From an uncultured delta proteobacterium (GTDB taxonomy: Bacteria > Desulfobacterota > RBG-13-43-22): 64,000 nucleotides of DNA. Each line of letters opens with the position of its first letter. Position 1 is the stretch's first letter. Made by a program: the position numbers and the translations under genes. Under the pieces are notes generated by a model. The model saw only the letters and a list, made by a program, of their open reading frames with translations, did not search any database and had not been told where the DNA came from. Positions 1 to 9,404 of the stretch are shown piece after piece. Location of the stretch: NCBI GenBank assembly GCA_963790475.1, contig CAWBOS010000013.1, forward strand, positions 384,001 through 448,000, written 5' to 3'.

Positions 1-581
1 TGGAAACTACGATTCTTTTAATATTAACCTTCTTTTCCCTGATAATCTGATCCATGAATTTTCCCATACTAACCATAAATAGCTCCGTTTTGGGAAAACA
101 ACGAAAAACGTTTTTATACCCCTTGGCCGTGATGGCGTCCAGGGCCGCCACATCAATAACAAAAGGGATATTTCGTTGTTCGGCCAAAGTAGCGATGGCC
201 ATGGCCGGACCGCTTAAAAAAGGCCCTACCAGACATACAGCCCCTTCGTTAATCAGTCCTCTCGGCCGCGGACCTGGCTATTTCTTCTTTGGCCTCGTGA
301 TCTCCCAATAACAATTTTAGCCTGGCCCCGCCCATGGATTTGATTCCACCGCGGGCGTTGATGTCATCAACGGCCATCTTATTCATGCGCTGCATGGCGA
401 TCCCAATGTCAGGAATAGGACCGGTAACCGGCTGGATGGAACCGATGATGATTTCTTTGGGCGCGGCCCCGCGTAAGATAGCCGGAAAGCCGGTCAGGGT
501 AGCGGCCGCCCCGATGGCGGCCGAGGTTTTAATAAAATTTCTCCGACTGATTCCTGTTCCCTCCACTTTTTCCTTTTCCAT
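1..581 (-). pseudogene. Branched-chain-amino-acid-type ABC transporter substrate-binding protein with Tat signal; frameshift near 255; runs off the window edge
   Basis: ORF 249..581 has the twin-arginine SRRNFIK and IIIGSIQPVTG...AVDDINARGG. The reading continues in another frame as LINEGAVCLVGPFLSGPAMAIATLAEQRNIPFVID (antisense of ORF 54..311). The single indel may be a sequencing error. Confidence 0.8.
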
Positions 582-832
582 GGTATCCCCCTTTATAAAG
601 ACTATAATGAAATATCGGGTATGAATAATCCCGTTTTACGCCTTTTATATAAGGGAAAAAACTTGATAAAGTCAAGAGAGACTTCAATAAATCCCCATTT
701 AATCGAATTCCACTGAAAAAACCTGGCATTTCCCCTTGACCAGGATAATGGCTTGTTATATAAAAGAAAACAATAGGGGAAAGGGATGAAGTCCGGGTTT
801 TACTTAAAATGAATAGCGCCATCTGGAGATAA

Positions 833-1210
833 ATGATTTACGGTATCGGAGTTGATCTGGTTAAAATGGCCAGGATCGAGTCGGCCATGGAAACCTGGGG
901 AGAACGATTTCAAAAAAAGATCTTCACTGAAAAAGAACGATCCCTTTGTCTCAGTAAACCACGCCCAACCCGTTATTGGGCCATGCGCTTCGCCGCCAAA
1001 GAGGCCTTTTCCAAGGCTATCGGCTTGGGAATGCGAAAGGGCATTTTTTGGAAGGACATTGAAGTCACCTCCAATTCCTTTGGCAAACCGGAATTGGTCC
1101 TCCATGGACGGGCAAAAGAAATCTGTTATGAAACAGGAATCAAAAATAGTTTTTTAACCTTGAGCGATGAAGACGGCTATGCCGTCGCGGTGGTGGTTTT
1201 AGAGATTTAG
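833..1210 (+). CDS. acpS: Holo-[acyl-carrier-protein] synthase
   Basis: GIGVDLV, RFAAKEAFSKAIG and GKP motifs; 125 aa; GGAG RBS. Confidence 0.95.
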   Translation: MIYGIGVDLVKMARIESAMETWGERFQKKIFTEKERSLCLSKPRPTRYWAMRFAAKEAFSKAIGLGMRKGIFWKDIEVTSNSFGKPELVLHGRAKEICYETGIKNSFLTLSDEDGYAVAVVVLEI

Positions 1211-1263
1211 AAGAGATTGTAATAATATATTTTACCAATTAATTTAACAAAAGGGATATAAAA

Positions 1264-1336
1264 AGTTCGGAGTTCGGAGTTCAGAGTTGGGGACCTGGAA
1301 AGGTTAGGTTGCTCCGAACTAATCACTTTCGAACTC
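1264..1336. repeat. Tandem 7-mer array (AGTTCGG-type x4) with inverted partner (CTCCGAACT...TTCGAACT)
   Basis: AGTTCGG AGTTCGG AGTTCAG AGTTGGG at 1264-1291; reverse-complement units at 1312-1336. Confidence 0.75.
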
Positions 1337-1393
1337 TCTATTAAGTGATTCCTTGATTCCTGAGCACGTTGAATCTTTATTAAGGCAGGCAAA

Positions 1394-2992
1394 ATGATCC
1401 TAACCACAGCGCTGCAAATGAAACAACTGGATCAACAGACCATTCAGGAATTCGGTCTGCCCGGGCCGGTTCTGATGGAAAATGCCGCCCGTGGGGCGGT
1501 CCAGGTCGTTCAGCGTCTGTATCCCCAGGCCCGTTCTGTAGCCCTGTTCTGCGGAAAAGGAAATAACGGAGGAGATGGTTTGGCCATGGCCCGTTATTTT
1601 CATACCCAGGGTCTTAGAGTAAAAGTTTTATTAACCGGACCAGGGATGGAATTAAAAGGAGATGCCGCCCTTCAGCTCCTTCTAACGGACAGGCTCAAGA
1701 TCCCGGTAGAGGAATTAAAAGAGAAAATTAATTTCTCGGCCCTCAGGCAAGAAGTCTTTCATTTCGACCTTTTGGTGGACGCCCTTCTGGGCACCGGATT
1801 AGAAAAAGAGGTGCGAGGCCTTTTCCGGGATTTGATCCAGCTCATGAATGAACTGCCCATTCCTAAAGTAGCGATCGACATCCCTTCCGGTCTGTCTTCC
1901 GACAGCGGTCAACCCCTGGGACTATGCACTCAGGCCGACCTGACCGTCACCTTCGGTCTCCCTAAAGTCGGACAGATACTTTTTCCCGGCAGCCGGTTTG
2001 TCGGAAGGCTTTTTGTCGTCGACATAGGCCTCCCACCGGCAATCTATCCCCTCCCATCGGAACGAGTGGAATTACTGGAGGCCGGGATTCTGGCCCGGTT
2101 CCTGACCCCAAGGGACCCCGAAGGTCACAAGGGATCTTATGGCCATGCGCTGGTCCTGGCCGGTTCGAAGGGTAGGACCGGAGCTGCGACCATGACCTGC
2201 CTGGGGGCCTTGCGGGCCGGGGCCGGTTTGGTGACCCTGGGTATACCGGAAAGTTTGAACGCTATTATGGAAGTCAAGCTGACCGAGGCCATGACCGAAC
2301 CCTTGCCGGAAGGAGAACCAGGGTTCTTAGGTCCGGCGGCCCTTCCCAAGATTCGATCCTTGTGTCAGGGGAAAAAGGCCCTGGCCATTGGACCCGGTCT
2401 TTCCACCTCGCCCGGGACAATATCCTTGATGCAGGCCCTAATGCCCGAATTAAGAGAGATCCCGGTGGTCATTGATGCCGATGGTTTGAATGCCCTGGCC
2501 GAGGCTCCGGAAGGATTAAAGACCCTGGCCGGTCGGGCCGTTTTAACCCCCCATCCGGGGGAAATGTCTCGATTGTCGGGCCAGACGGTTAAGGAAATTC
2601 AGGCCGATCGGATCCGGAGCGCTGGTGCGTTTTCCCGAAAATACGGAATAGTGGTTGTGCTGAAAGGGGCCAGGACCGTCATTGCCGATCCGCAAGGACC
2701 AGTCTATCTGAATCCTGTCGCCCATTCGGTATTGGCCAGCGGAGGAACCGGAGATGTTTTAACCGGCCTGATCCTCGGCTTTTTGGCCCAGGGATTGTCC
2801 CCCATAGATGCTGCTTGTCTGGGGGTTTTTCTACATGGACAGGCCGGGGCCTGCCTGGCCGACGAGCGCGGCGGACAAGGGATTCTGGCTTCGGAACTAT
2901 TGGATAAAATCCCGGGCCTGATATCCAAAAAAGGCATTTGGCAAACCCGCGACCGATTCCCTATCCCGTTGGTCAAAGAAGTGGAGCTGTGA
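1394..2992 (+). CDS. nnr: Bifunctional NAD(P)H-hydrate epimerase/dehydratase
   Basis: LMENAA, GKGNNGGDG, DALLGTG, DIPSG, HKGSYG, DADGLN, TPHPGE and GGTGDVL motifs. Confidence 0.95.
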   Translation: MILTTALQMKQLDQQTIQEFGLPGPVLMENAARGAVQVVQRLYPQARSVALFCGKGNNGGDGLAMARYFHTQGLRVKVLLTGPGMELKGDAALQLLLTDRLKIPVEELKEKINFSALRQEVFHFDLLVDALLGTGLEKEVRGLFRDLIQLMNELPIPKVAIDIPSGLSSDSGQPLGLCTQADLTVTFGLPKVGQILFPGSRFVGRLFVVDIGLPPAIYPLPSERVELLEAGILARFLTPRDPEGHKGSYGHALVLAGSKGRTGAATMTCLGALRAGAGLVTLGIPESLNAIMEVKLTEAMTEPLPEGEPGFLGPAALPKIRSLCQGKKALAIGPGLSTSPGTISLMQALMPELREIPVVIDADGLNALAEAPEGLKTLAGRAVLTPHPGEMSRLSGQTVKEIQADRIRSAGAFSRKYGIVVVLKGARTVIADPQGPVYLNPVAHSVLASGGTGDVLTGLILGFLAQGLSPIDAACLGVFLHGQAGACLADERGGQGILASELLDKIPGLISKKGIWQTRDRFPIPLVKEVEL

Positions 2993-3004
2993 ATAGGAAA
3001 GACC

Positions 3005-3069
3005 CGTTCATCGTTTATCGTTCGTCGTTAGTCGATGAACACCGAACGCTGAACAGTGAACGATAAATA
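3005..3069. repeat. Tandem 7-mer array (CGTTCAT-type x4) with inverted array (ATGAACA/GTGAACG-type)
   Basis: CGTTCAT CGTTTAT CGTTCGT CGTTAGT then ATGAACA CCGAACG CTGAACA GTGAACG. Confidence 0.8.
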
Positions 3070-3139
3070 ATGCACATTTTTTTTAAATCCTCCAATATCC
3101 CTTACACCGGGATCTAGATGATTAAGTTAGGAGCAAAAT

Positions 3140-3589
3140 ATGACCCAGGCCAAGGACATCATGACCCAGGAAGTGATTACCGTAAAAGAAGATACGCCGA
3201 TTTCCGAAGTGGCTCAAATCCTGACCGAAAAACATATCAGCGGAGTACCTGTTTTAAACCCTGAGCAGCAGGTGGTCGGGATCGTTTGTGAAAGCGATAT
3301 TATCGACCAGACCAAACGGCTGCATCTGCCGACCGTTGTTAATTTAATGGGCTATATTGTTTTTTTGGAAAGCGGGAAAAAATTTGAGCAGGAGTTAAAA
3401 AAGATGATCGGGTTGGTCGCCGCGGATATCATGACCCGGGCGGTCAAAAGCGTGACCCCTGAGACCCCGCTGGAAGATATCGCCGCGCTCATGACCGAAT
3501 ACCATGTTCATTCCATCCCCGTCCTGGATGGAAAAACCCTGGTGGGGATAATCGGCAAGAAGGACATCGTCCATTCATTGGCCCAATAA
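3140..3589 (+). CDS. CBS-domain pair protein
   Basis: AKDIMT...ISGVPV...VGIV and AADIMT...IPVLD...VGII; AGGAG RBS. Confidence 0.9.
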   Translation: MTQAKDIMTQEVITVKEDTPISEVAQILTEKHISGVPVLNPEQQVVGIVCESDIIDQTKRLHLPTVVNLMGYIVFLESGKKFEQELKKMIGLVAADIMTRAVKSVTPETPLEDIAALMTEYHVHSIPVLDGKTLVGIIGKKDIVHSLAQ

Positions 3590-3601
3590 GAGGTTGGAGT
3601 T

Positions 3602-4105
3602 TTGGAAGGTCTGTTTTATGAGGAGGTGGCCGAAGGCGAGGAGGCCACAGAACGACTGGGCCGCCGATTGGCCTCGCTGTTCCTGGGCGGAGACGTGATC
3701 GCCCTGTATGGAGAATTAGGGGCCGGCAAGACCTGTCTGGTCCGCGGCCTGGCCCAAGGCCTGGGCCTGGAGAAAGAGTTGGTATCCAGTCCCTCTTTTT
3801 CTTTAATCAACGAATACCCCGGACCGCTGCCTCTTTTTCATATGGATTGTTACCGCCTGGGGCGGGAAGAAGAATTCGAGGAACTCGGGCTGGAAGAATA
3901 TTTCGACGGCCCGGGGATTTCGATTATTGAATGGGCCGAACGGATCAAAGATTTGCCGGAAGAACGACTGGATATTTCAATCACCATTTTGGATGAATCC
4001 CGGAGACGGATCCAAATAAAAGGATCTGGGTCCATGGTCAATCGTTTACAGGATTGGAATCATAAATGCAGAATTCAGGAGTCCAAAGTCAGAGGTCAGA
4101 AGTAA
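3602..4105 (+). CDS. tsaE: tRNA threonylcarbamoyladenosine biosynthesis ATPase TsaE
   Basis: GELGAGKT Walker [25 protein letters not shown]. Confidence 0.95.
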   Translation: MEGLFYEEVAEGEEATERLGRRLASLFLGGDVIALYGELGAGKTCLVRGLAQGLGLEKELVSSPSFSLINEYPGPLPLFHMDCYRLGREEEFEELGLEEYFDGPGISIIEWAERIKDLPEERLDISITILDESRRRIQIKGSGSMVNRLQDWNHKCRIQESKVRGQK

Positions 4106-4160
4106 AATGGACTTCCCAAGGGCTAATTTTCATCTTCTGGATTCTGACTCCTGGATTCCA
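4070..4160. repeat. Tandem 7-mer array (AGTCAGA/ATTCAGG-type) with inverted partner (TTCTGGA TTCTGAC TCCTGGA), overlapping the tsaE 3' end
   Basis: AGAATTCAGGAGTCCAAAGTCAGAGGTCAGAAG versus TTCTGGATTCTGACTCCTGGATTCC. Confidence 0.7.
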
Positions 4161-4207
4161 TATTCTTTAGTGAAAGAATAATATATTTTCCAAGCAGGAG
4201 GCAATTC

Positions 4208-5431
4208 ATGTCCTTGATTGTTCAAAAATACGGAGGAACCTCGGTCGGTTCCATAGAAAAAATCCGTAATGTGGCCGAGCGGGTCATCGAGATGAAGAAA
4301 AAAGGCCACGATATAGTGGTGGTGCTGTCGGCCATGTCCGGGGAGACGGACAAACTGATCCGCCTGGCCCATGAGATAACCGAATCGCCCAATCCGCGGG
4401 AATTGGATGTTCTGATTTCCACCGGGGAACAGGTCTCTGTGGCTTTGTTCAGCATGGCCGTCCAAAGTCTGGGTTTTAAGGCCTCATCCCTTTTAGGACA
4501 TCAGACAAGGATCATTACCGATGATGCCTATGGCCGGGCCAGAATCAACGAGATCGATACCCGGCGGATTATGGAAGAGATACGGAAAGATAAAATTGTA
4601 GTCGTAGCCGGTTTTCAAGGTCAGGATGAAAAAGGGAATATCACCACCCTTGGACGGGGGGGTTCGGATACCACGGCCGTAGCCGTGGCCGCGGCCTTAA
4701 AGGCCCAGGTCTGCGAGATTTTTACCGATGTGGAAGGGGTCTATACCACGGACCCCAATATCTGCCCCAAGGCCAGAAAGATGAAAAAAATATCCTATGA
4801 GGAAATGCTGGAAATGGCCAGTCTGGGGGCAAAAGTCCTGGAGATTCGTTCTGTGGAATTTGCTAAAAAATTTAAGGTCCCGGTGCATGTCCGCTCGACC
4901 TTTACCAATAAGGAGGGAACAATGGTGGTTCAAGAAGATAAAAGCATGGAAAAGATTCTGGTTTCAGGGGTTACCTACAATAAAAATGAAGCCCGAATTA
5001 CCATCACCAAAGTGCCGGATCGCCCGGGTACAGCGACCAAGATTTTTGTCCCCATCTCCGAGGCCGGGGTAGTGGTGGACATGATCATCCAGAATACCAG
5101 TGCCGAAGGTTTGACCGATCTGACCTTTACGGTGCCCAAAACCGATTTTAAAAAAACCATGAATATCGTCAAAAAGATCGCCAAGGAGATCAAGGCCGAA
5201 CGGGTTCTGGGAGACGAAAATATCGCCAAAGTCTCCATTATCGGATTGGGGATGCGCAATCACGCCGGAGTGGCCACCACCATGTTCTCGGCCCTGGCCA
5301 AAGAAGGGATCAACATCATGATGATTTCCACCTCCGAGATCAAGATCTCCTGCGTCATCGATGAGAAGTACACCGAACTGGCGGTCCGAACCCTGCACAG
5401 CGCCTTTCATTTGGATGAGGAACCCAAATAA
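4208..5431 (+). CDS. lysC: Aspartate kinase
   Basis: VQKYGGTSVG, TTLGRGGSDTTA, two C-terminal ACT domains, STSEIKIS. Confidence 0.96.
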   Translation: MSLIVQKYGGTSVGSIEKIRNVAERVIEMKKKGHDIVVVLSAMSGETDKLIRLAHEITESPNPRELDVLISTGEQVSVALFSMAVQSLGFKASSLLGHQTRIITDDAYGRARINEIDTRRIMEEIRKDKIVVVAGFQGQDEKGNITTLGRGGSDTTAVAVAAALKAQVCEIFTDVEGVYTTDPNICPKARKMKKISYEEMLEMASLGAKVLEIRSVEFAKKFKVPVHVRSTFTNKEGTMVVQEDKSMEKILVSGVTYNKNEARITITKVPDRPGTATKIFVPISEAGVVVDMIIQNTSAEGLTDLTFTVPKTDFKKTMNIVKKIAKEIKAERVLGDENIAKVSIIGLGMRNHAGVATTMFSALAKEGINIMMISTSEIKISCVIDEKYTELAVRTLHSAFHLDEEPK

Positions 5432-5436
5432 TAAAA

Positions 5437-5467
5437 AGCCTGAAGGTTGAAGGCTGAAGGCAAAAGG
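5437..5467 (+). repeat. One-sided tandem 7-mer array (AGGCTGA-type) that supplies the cimA RBS
   Basis: AGCCTGA AGGTTGA AGGCTGA AGGCAAA AGGA immediately before ATG 5470. Confidence 0.7.
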
Positions 5468-5469
5468 AT

Positions 5470-7072
5470 ATGAAACCCATAGAAATCTATGATTGTACCC
5501 TTCGGGACGGCACCCAGGCCGAAGATTTTAATCTCTCGGTGGAAGACAAAATCCGGATCGCTCAAAAACTGGACGAATTGGGTGTAGCCTATATTGAAGG
5601 CGGCTGGCCGGGTTCCAATCCCAAGGACGTGGAGTTTTTTCAGGCCATGAAAGACGTTTCTTTCAAGACAGGCCCTTTTAGCCGCCTTTGGCAGTACCCA
5701 CAACCCCAAAACCGTACCGGAGAAAGATCCTAATCTGAAGGCCCTGATCCAGGCCCAAACTCCGGTCATCACTATCTTCGGCAAGAGCTGGGATGTCCAT
5801 GTCCATGATGCCCTGCGGATACCCCTGGAAACAAATCTCAAAATTATCGAAGATTCCCTGTCCCTGGTCCGACCCAAGGTGCGCAAGCTCTTTTACGATG
5901 CCGAACATTTTTTCGACGGCTATCAGGCCAACCCGGAATATGCCCTCGCCACCTTAAAGGCCGCCCTAAGAGGCCAAGGCGGATTGCCTGGTCCTTTGCG
6001 ATACCAATGGCGGGAACCTTGCCCAGCCGACTGACCTCCATCATCCAGGCTGTTAAAAAAGAAATTAAAGGCGCCTCCCTTGGGAATTCATGTCCATAAT
6101 GACTGCGATTGTTCGGTGGCCAATGTAATGGCCGCCGTGGAATGCGGGATCAGACACGTGCAGGGAACCATCAATGGCTTCGGAGATCGTTGCGGCAATG
6201 CCAACCTTTGTTCCATCATCCCCAATCTGCAGTTAAAACTCGGATTCCAGGCCCTTGACCCTGAACAGTTTGAAAAAAATCCGTGAACTTTCCCGTTTTG
6301 TCGACGAACTGGCCAACATCCGTCACAATAAATATCAACCCTATGTGGGGGACAGTGCCTTCTCTCATAAAGGGGGAATCCATGTCAGTGCCGTGATAAA
6401 AAATCCGGAAACCTATGAGCACATCCGTCCCGAGCTGGTCGGAAATGTGCAGACGGATCTTGATCTCCGACCTGGCCGGCAAGAAGCAACATCCTCTCCA
6501 AGGCCAAGGGATATGGTCTGGATATAACCAGCAAAGACCCGGTGGTTGCATCCGATATTTTGTCTCAGTTAAAAGAACTGGAACATCAGGGATTCCAGTA
6601 TGAAGGGGCGGAAGGTTCTTTTGAATTATTGATGAATCGGGCCATGGGGACCCGGCAGCAATATTTTGAACTGGAATGGTATCGGGTTACCGTCCAGAAG
6701 GTTCGGGAAGATCAGCCCCCCGTTGTCGAGGCGACCATCATTGTCAAGGTCAAAGGTCAGGTTGAACATACGGCCGCCCTGGGTAACGGTCCGGTCAATG
6801 CCCTGGACAACGCCCTTAGAAAAGCCTTGCTACGTTTTTATCCGGAATTAAAGGAAGTAAGTCTGGATGATTATAAAGTCCGCGTCCTTTCCAGCGTAGA
6901 AGGAACAGGGGCCCGGGTCCGGGTCTTGATCGAATCCGGAGACCGGGAAGACAAATGGGGAACGGTCGGAGTTTCCACCGATATCCTGGAAGCTTCCTGG
7001 CAGGCCTTGGTGGACAGTATTACCTATAAACTTTATAAAGAGGAAAAGAAAAGGAGCCAGAGAAACAAATAA
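5470..7072 (+). pseudogene. cimA: Citramalate synthase (LeuA-like), split by several single-base frameshifts
   Basis: Fragments [12 protein letters not shown]...[49 protein letters not shown] and EHTAALGNGPVNALD...GTVGVS lie in different frames; position after lysC is typical. Probably an intact gene with sequencing indels. Confidence 0.9.
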
Positions 7073-7085
7073 ATCGAAGTCTATG

Positions 7086-7170
7086 AATTTCGGATTGCGG
7101 AAGTTCTAGTAATTTAAGAAGGTTCCCTTCACTAAGGGCATTCCGTATTCCGAAATCCGAAATCCGAAAT
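7086..7170. repeat. Tandem 7-mer array (ATTTCGG/ATTGCGG) with inverted array (CATTCCG TATTCCG AAATCCG AAATCCG)
   Basis: Read directly from the cimA-ferredoxin gap. Confidence 0.8.
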
Positions 7171-7174
7171 TAGA

Positions 7175-7369
7175 ATGGACCTTATTCCTGTTATAGAAAC
7201 CGAAGATTGTATCGGGTGCGGAAGCTGCGTGGAGATCTGCCCGGAGGTGTTTATTCTTAATGAGAGCCTGGAAAAGGCCCAGGTGATCAACCCCGAAGGC
7301 TGTCCTGCGGGAAAAATCGAGGAAGCGATGGAAATTTGCCCGGTGCACTGTATTCATTGGGAGGAATGA
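7175..7369 (+). CDS. Small ferredoxin (single 4Fe-4S type)
   Basis: CIGCGSCVEICP...CPVHCI; 64 aa. Confidence 0.9.
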   Translation: MDLIPVIETEDCIGCGSCVEICPEVFILNESLEKAQVINPEGCPAGKIEEAMEICPVHCIHWEE

Positions 7370-7998
7370 ATCTCGTTCAAGGTGCTTCCTTGCGGATTAT
7401 AATTAAGGCCATGTCTTTAAAAAACTCTGAATTCTCCGAATTCATCCGTCTCCGGCAAAAAGGACTTTTTCTATTTTCCTTCCTGATTCTGGGATTTTTA
7501 GGTTTCCGCTTTGCAGAAATGAATCAAAAACCGACTTTGTCGGGAAAAGTATGGACCGAGAAAAGCATAACGATTGAACTGCAAGGGAAAGTCCAGCGGC
7601 CCGGCCTCTTGGTCTATTCTAAGCCGCCCACGGTTCAACAGATAATCCGGGATGATGGGGGGACTAAGGGTGATCCTTCCTTTTCTGCCTCCCAAGGGAA
7701 GGAAGTTCTGTTTCGAGATTCGGCCCTTATAATTGAGGCAGTAACGAATGAAAAAATACTCATTCAAAAAAAACCTCTTTCAGTCCGGGCCCTTTGGATC
7801 CTCGGGCGACCCATTCCGCTCAATCGGGCCACGGTAGAGGATCTAGACCGGATTCCGGGGATCGGTCCGGGCCTGGCCCAGCGTATTTGGGAATACCGGC
7901 AAGCGCTGGGAAACTTTTCATCACTGGGTCAATTAAAGGAAGTGAATGGTATTAAAGAAAAAACCTACGAAAAATTAAAAAAGTATCTAACTCTTTAG
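7366..7998 (+). CDS. ComEA-like membrane-anchored DNA-binding protein (SLBB-like plus helix-hairpin-helix)
   Basis: N-terminal TM helix, GKVQRPG, IPLNRATVEDLDRIPGIGPGLAQRI...VNGIKEK; start uncertain (7366 or 7411). Confidence 0.85.
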   Translation: MNLVQGASLRIIIKAMSLKNSEFSEFIRLRQKGLFLFSFLILGFLGFRFAEMNQKPTLSGKVWTEKSITIELQGKVQRPGLLVYSKPPTVQQIIRDDGGTKGDPSFSASQGKEVLFRDSALIIEAVTNEKILIQKKPLSVRALWILGRPIPLNRATVEDLDRIPGIGPGLAQRIWEYRQALGNFSSLGQLKEVNGIKEKTYEKLKKYLTL

Positions 7999-8072
7999 CT
8001 TATAGGTCAAAGCTCATAGCTCTAAGTTTAACGGGAAAAAGGGGTGTAGCTATGAGCTATCAGCCATGAGCC
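7997..8072. repeat. Tandem 7-mer array (AGCTCAT-type) with inverted array (AGCTATG AGCTATC AGCCATG)
   Basis: Read directly from the comEA-pfk gap. Confidence 0.75.
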
Positions 8073-8096
8073 CTGTGCTAAAAAGGAGGATTTATC

Positions 8097-9317
8097 ATGT
8101 CTTCTAAGAATATCAAAAGAATCGGCGTTATTACCAGCGGCGGGGATTGCGGCGGCCTTAATGCGGTAATTAAAGGCATTGCTCGTGAAGCATTTGCCCT
8201 GGGTATTGAATCGGTGGTTATCCCCAACGGCTATGCCGGTCTGTACAATCTGGTGGATATGAATGATGTGGTCTTGCTTGATGCCGACCGGGTCAGCCGC
8301 ATCGAGGCTTCTCTGGCCGGATCCGAGGCCGGCCATTCCCGGGTCAAGATCAGCAAGATCGCCGATCCCAATAAATATGAGCGGATCAAAGAAGGTCTTA
8401 AAAAATTCGGCATCGATGCCCTGATCATCAGCGGCGGCGACGATACCGGCAGTGTGGTTATGGATCTCAGTTCCCGGGATATCCCCTGTATTCATGTCCC
8501 CAAGACCATGGACCTGGATCTCCAGCCCTATAGCGTCGGCGGGGATTCCGCCATCAACCGAATCGCCATTTTTGCCAGGGACTTGAAGACCACAGGCTTA
8601 AGTCATAACCGCATCCTGGTTATTGAGGTCTTCGGGCGATATGTAGGACATACGGCCTTTCGGGGTGGGGTGGGGGCTGAAGCCGATTGTATACTGATTC
8701 CGGAAGTTCCTGTCGATTTTAATGTGGTCTATGAGCATATGTGGAAGACCTACAGCAACCGGATAGAAAGAAGTGATGTCAAGGCCGGGACCTATATTAT
8801 TGTAGTGGCTGAAGGGATGACCGACGCCAGCGGGCAGCTGCTTTACGATGAATCGGCCGGCGTGGACGCCTTTGGCCATAAAAAGCTGGCCGGTGCCGGA
8901 AGGTATGTCCGACAACAGTTGGAAAAACGGTTAAAGGACGATCCTGCTGTCCCCACCTTCATGAGGCATGTCGGCATGTACGCCCCCGGGGTTTATGAGA
9001 TTCCCGAGGTTAGAGAGGTGACCCCGGGACATCTGGTGCGGTCCGGCCCATCCTCCGCCTTTGATGTCAATTTCGGCCAAAGGGCCGGGGCGGTGGCGGT
9101 CCTGCTTTTATTGGAGAACAAAACCGGTACGACCCTGGTCAGCGTGAATGGAAACCAGATCACTTATATGCCCACCTCGGAAGCCATCAAGCGGCGGGAA
9201 GTGGATGTGGCTGAGCTGGCCCTTTTTGAAAGCCTGGGCACCTGCTTCGGCAGAAAACCGAAAAAGTACGATTATCATCTTAAGGAACAAACAGAAATTT
9301 GTGAGAGACACCTATAG
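8097..9317 (+). CDS. pfkA: PfkA-family phosphofructokinase, PPi-dependent signature
   Basis: TSGGDCGGLNA, GGDDT, PKTMDLD, EVFGR, LIPE, VVAEG, DAFGH. Confidence 0.88.
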   Translation: MSSKNIKRIGVITSGGDCGGLNAVIKGIAREAFALGIESVVIPNGYAGLYNLVDMNDVVLLDADRVSRIEASLAGSEAGHSRVKISKIADPNKYERIKEGLKKFGIDALIISGGDDTGSVVMDLSSRDIPCIHVPKTMDLDLQPYSVGGDSAINRIAIFARDLKTTGLSHNRILVIEVFGRYVGHTAFRGGVGAEADCILIPEVPVDFNVVYEHMWKTYSNRIERSDVKAGTYIIVVAEGMTDASGQLLYDESAGVDAFGHKKLAGAGRYVRQQLEKRLKDDPAVPTFMRHVGMYAPGVYEIPEVREVTPGHLVRSGPSSAFDVNFGQRAGAVAVLLLLENKTGTTLVSVNGNQITYMPTSEAIKRREVDVAELALFESLGTCFGRKPKKYDYHLKEQTEICERHL

Positions 9318-9404
9318 AAGGTTCAAGGTCTAAGGTTCAAGGTTTTAAGCATAAAATAAACCTTTCCGATTACCTTAGACCTTGGACCTTGGGCCTTAAA
9401 CCTT
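9318..9404. repeat. Tandem 7-mer array (AAGGTTC x4) with inverted array (nGACCTT x5) abutting the tsaD start
   Basis: AAGGTTC AAGGTCT AAGGTTC AAGGTTT ... TTACCTT AGACCTT GGACCTT GGGCCTT AAACCTT ATG. Confidence 0.85.

Noticed and set aside
5470-7072. Programmed frameshifting or phase variation in cimA
   Set aside because: There are too many independent indels, most not at slippery or long homopolymer sites; sequencing error is simpler.
1264-9404. Short repeat arrays as CRISPR arrays
   Set aside because: Units are 7 nt, tandem without unique spacers, and no cas genes are present.
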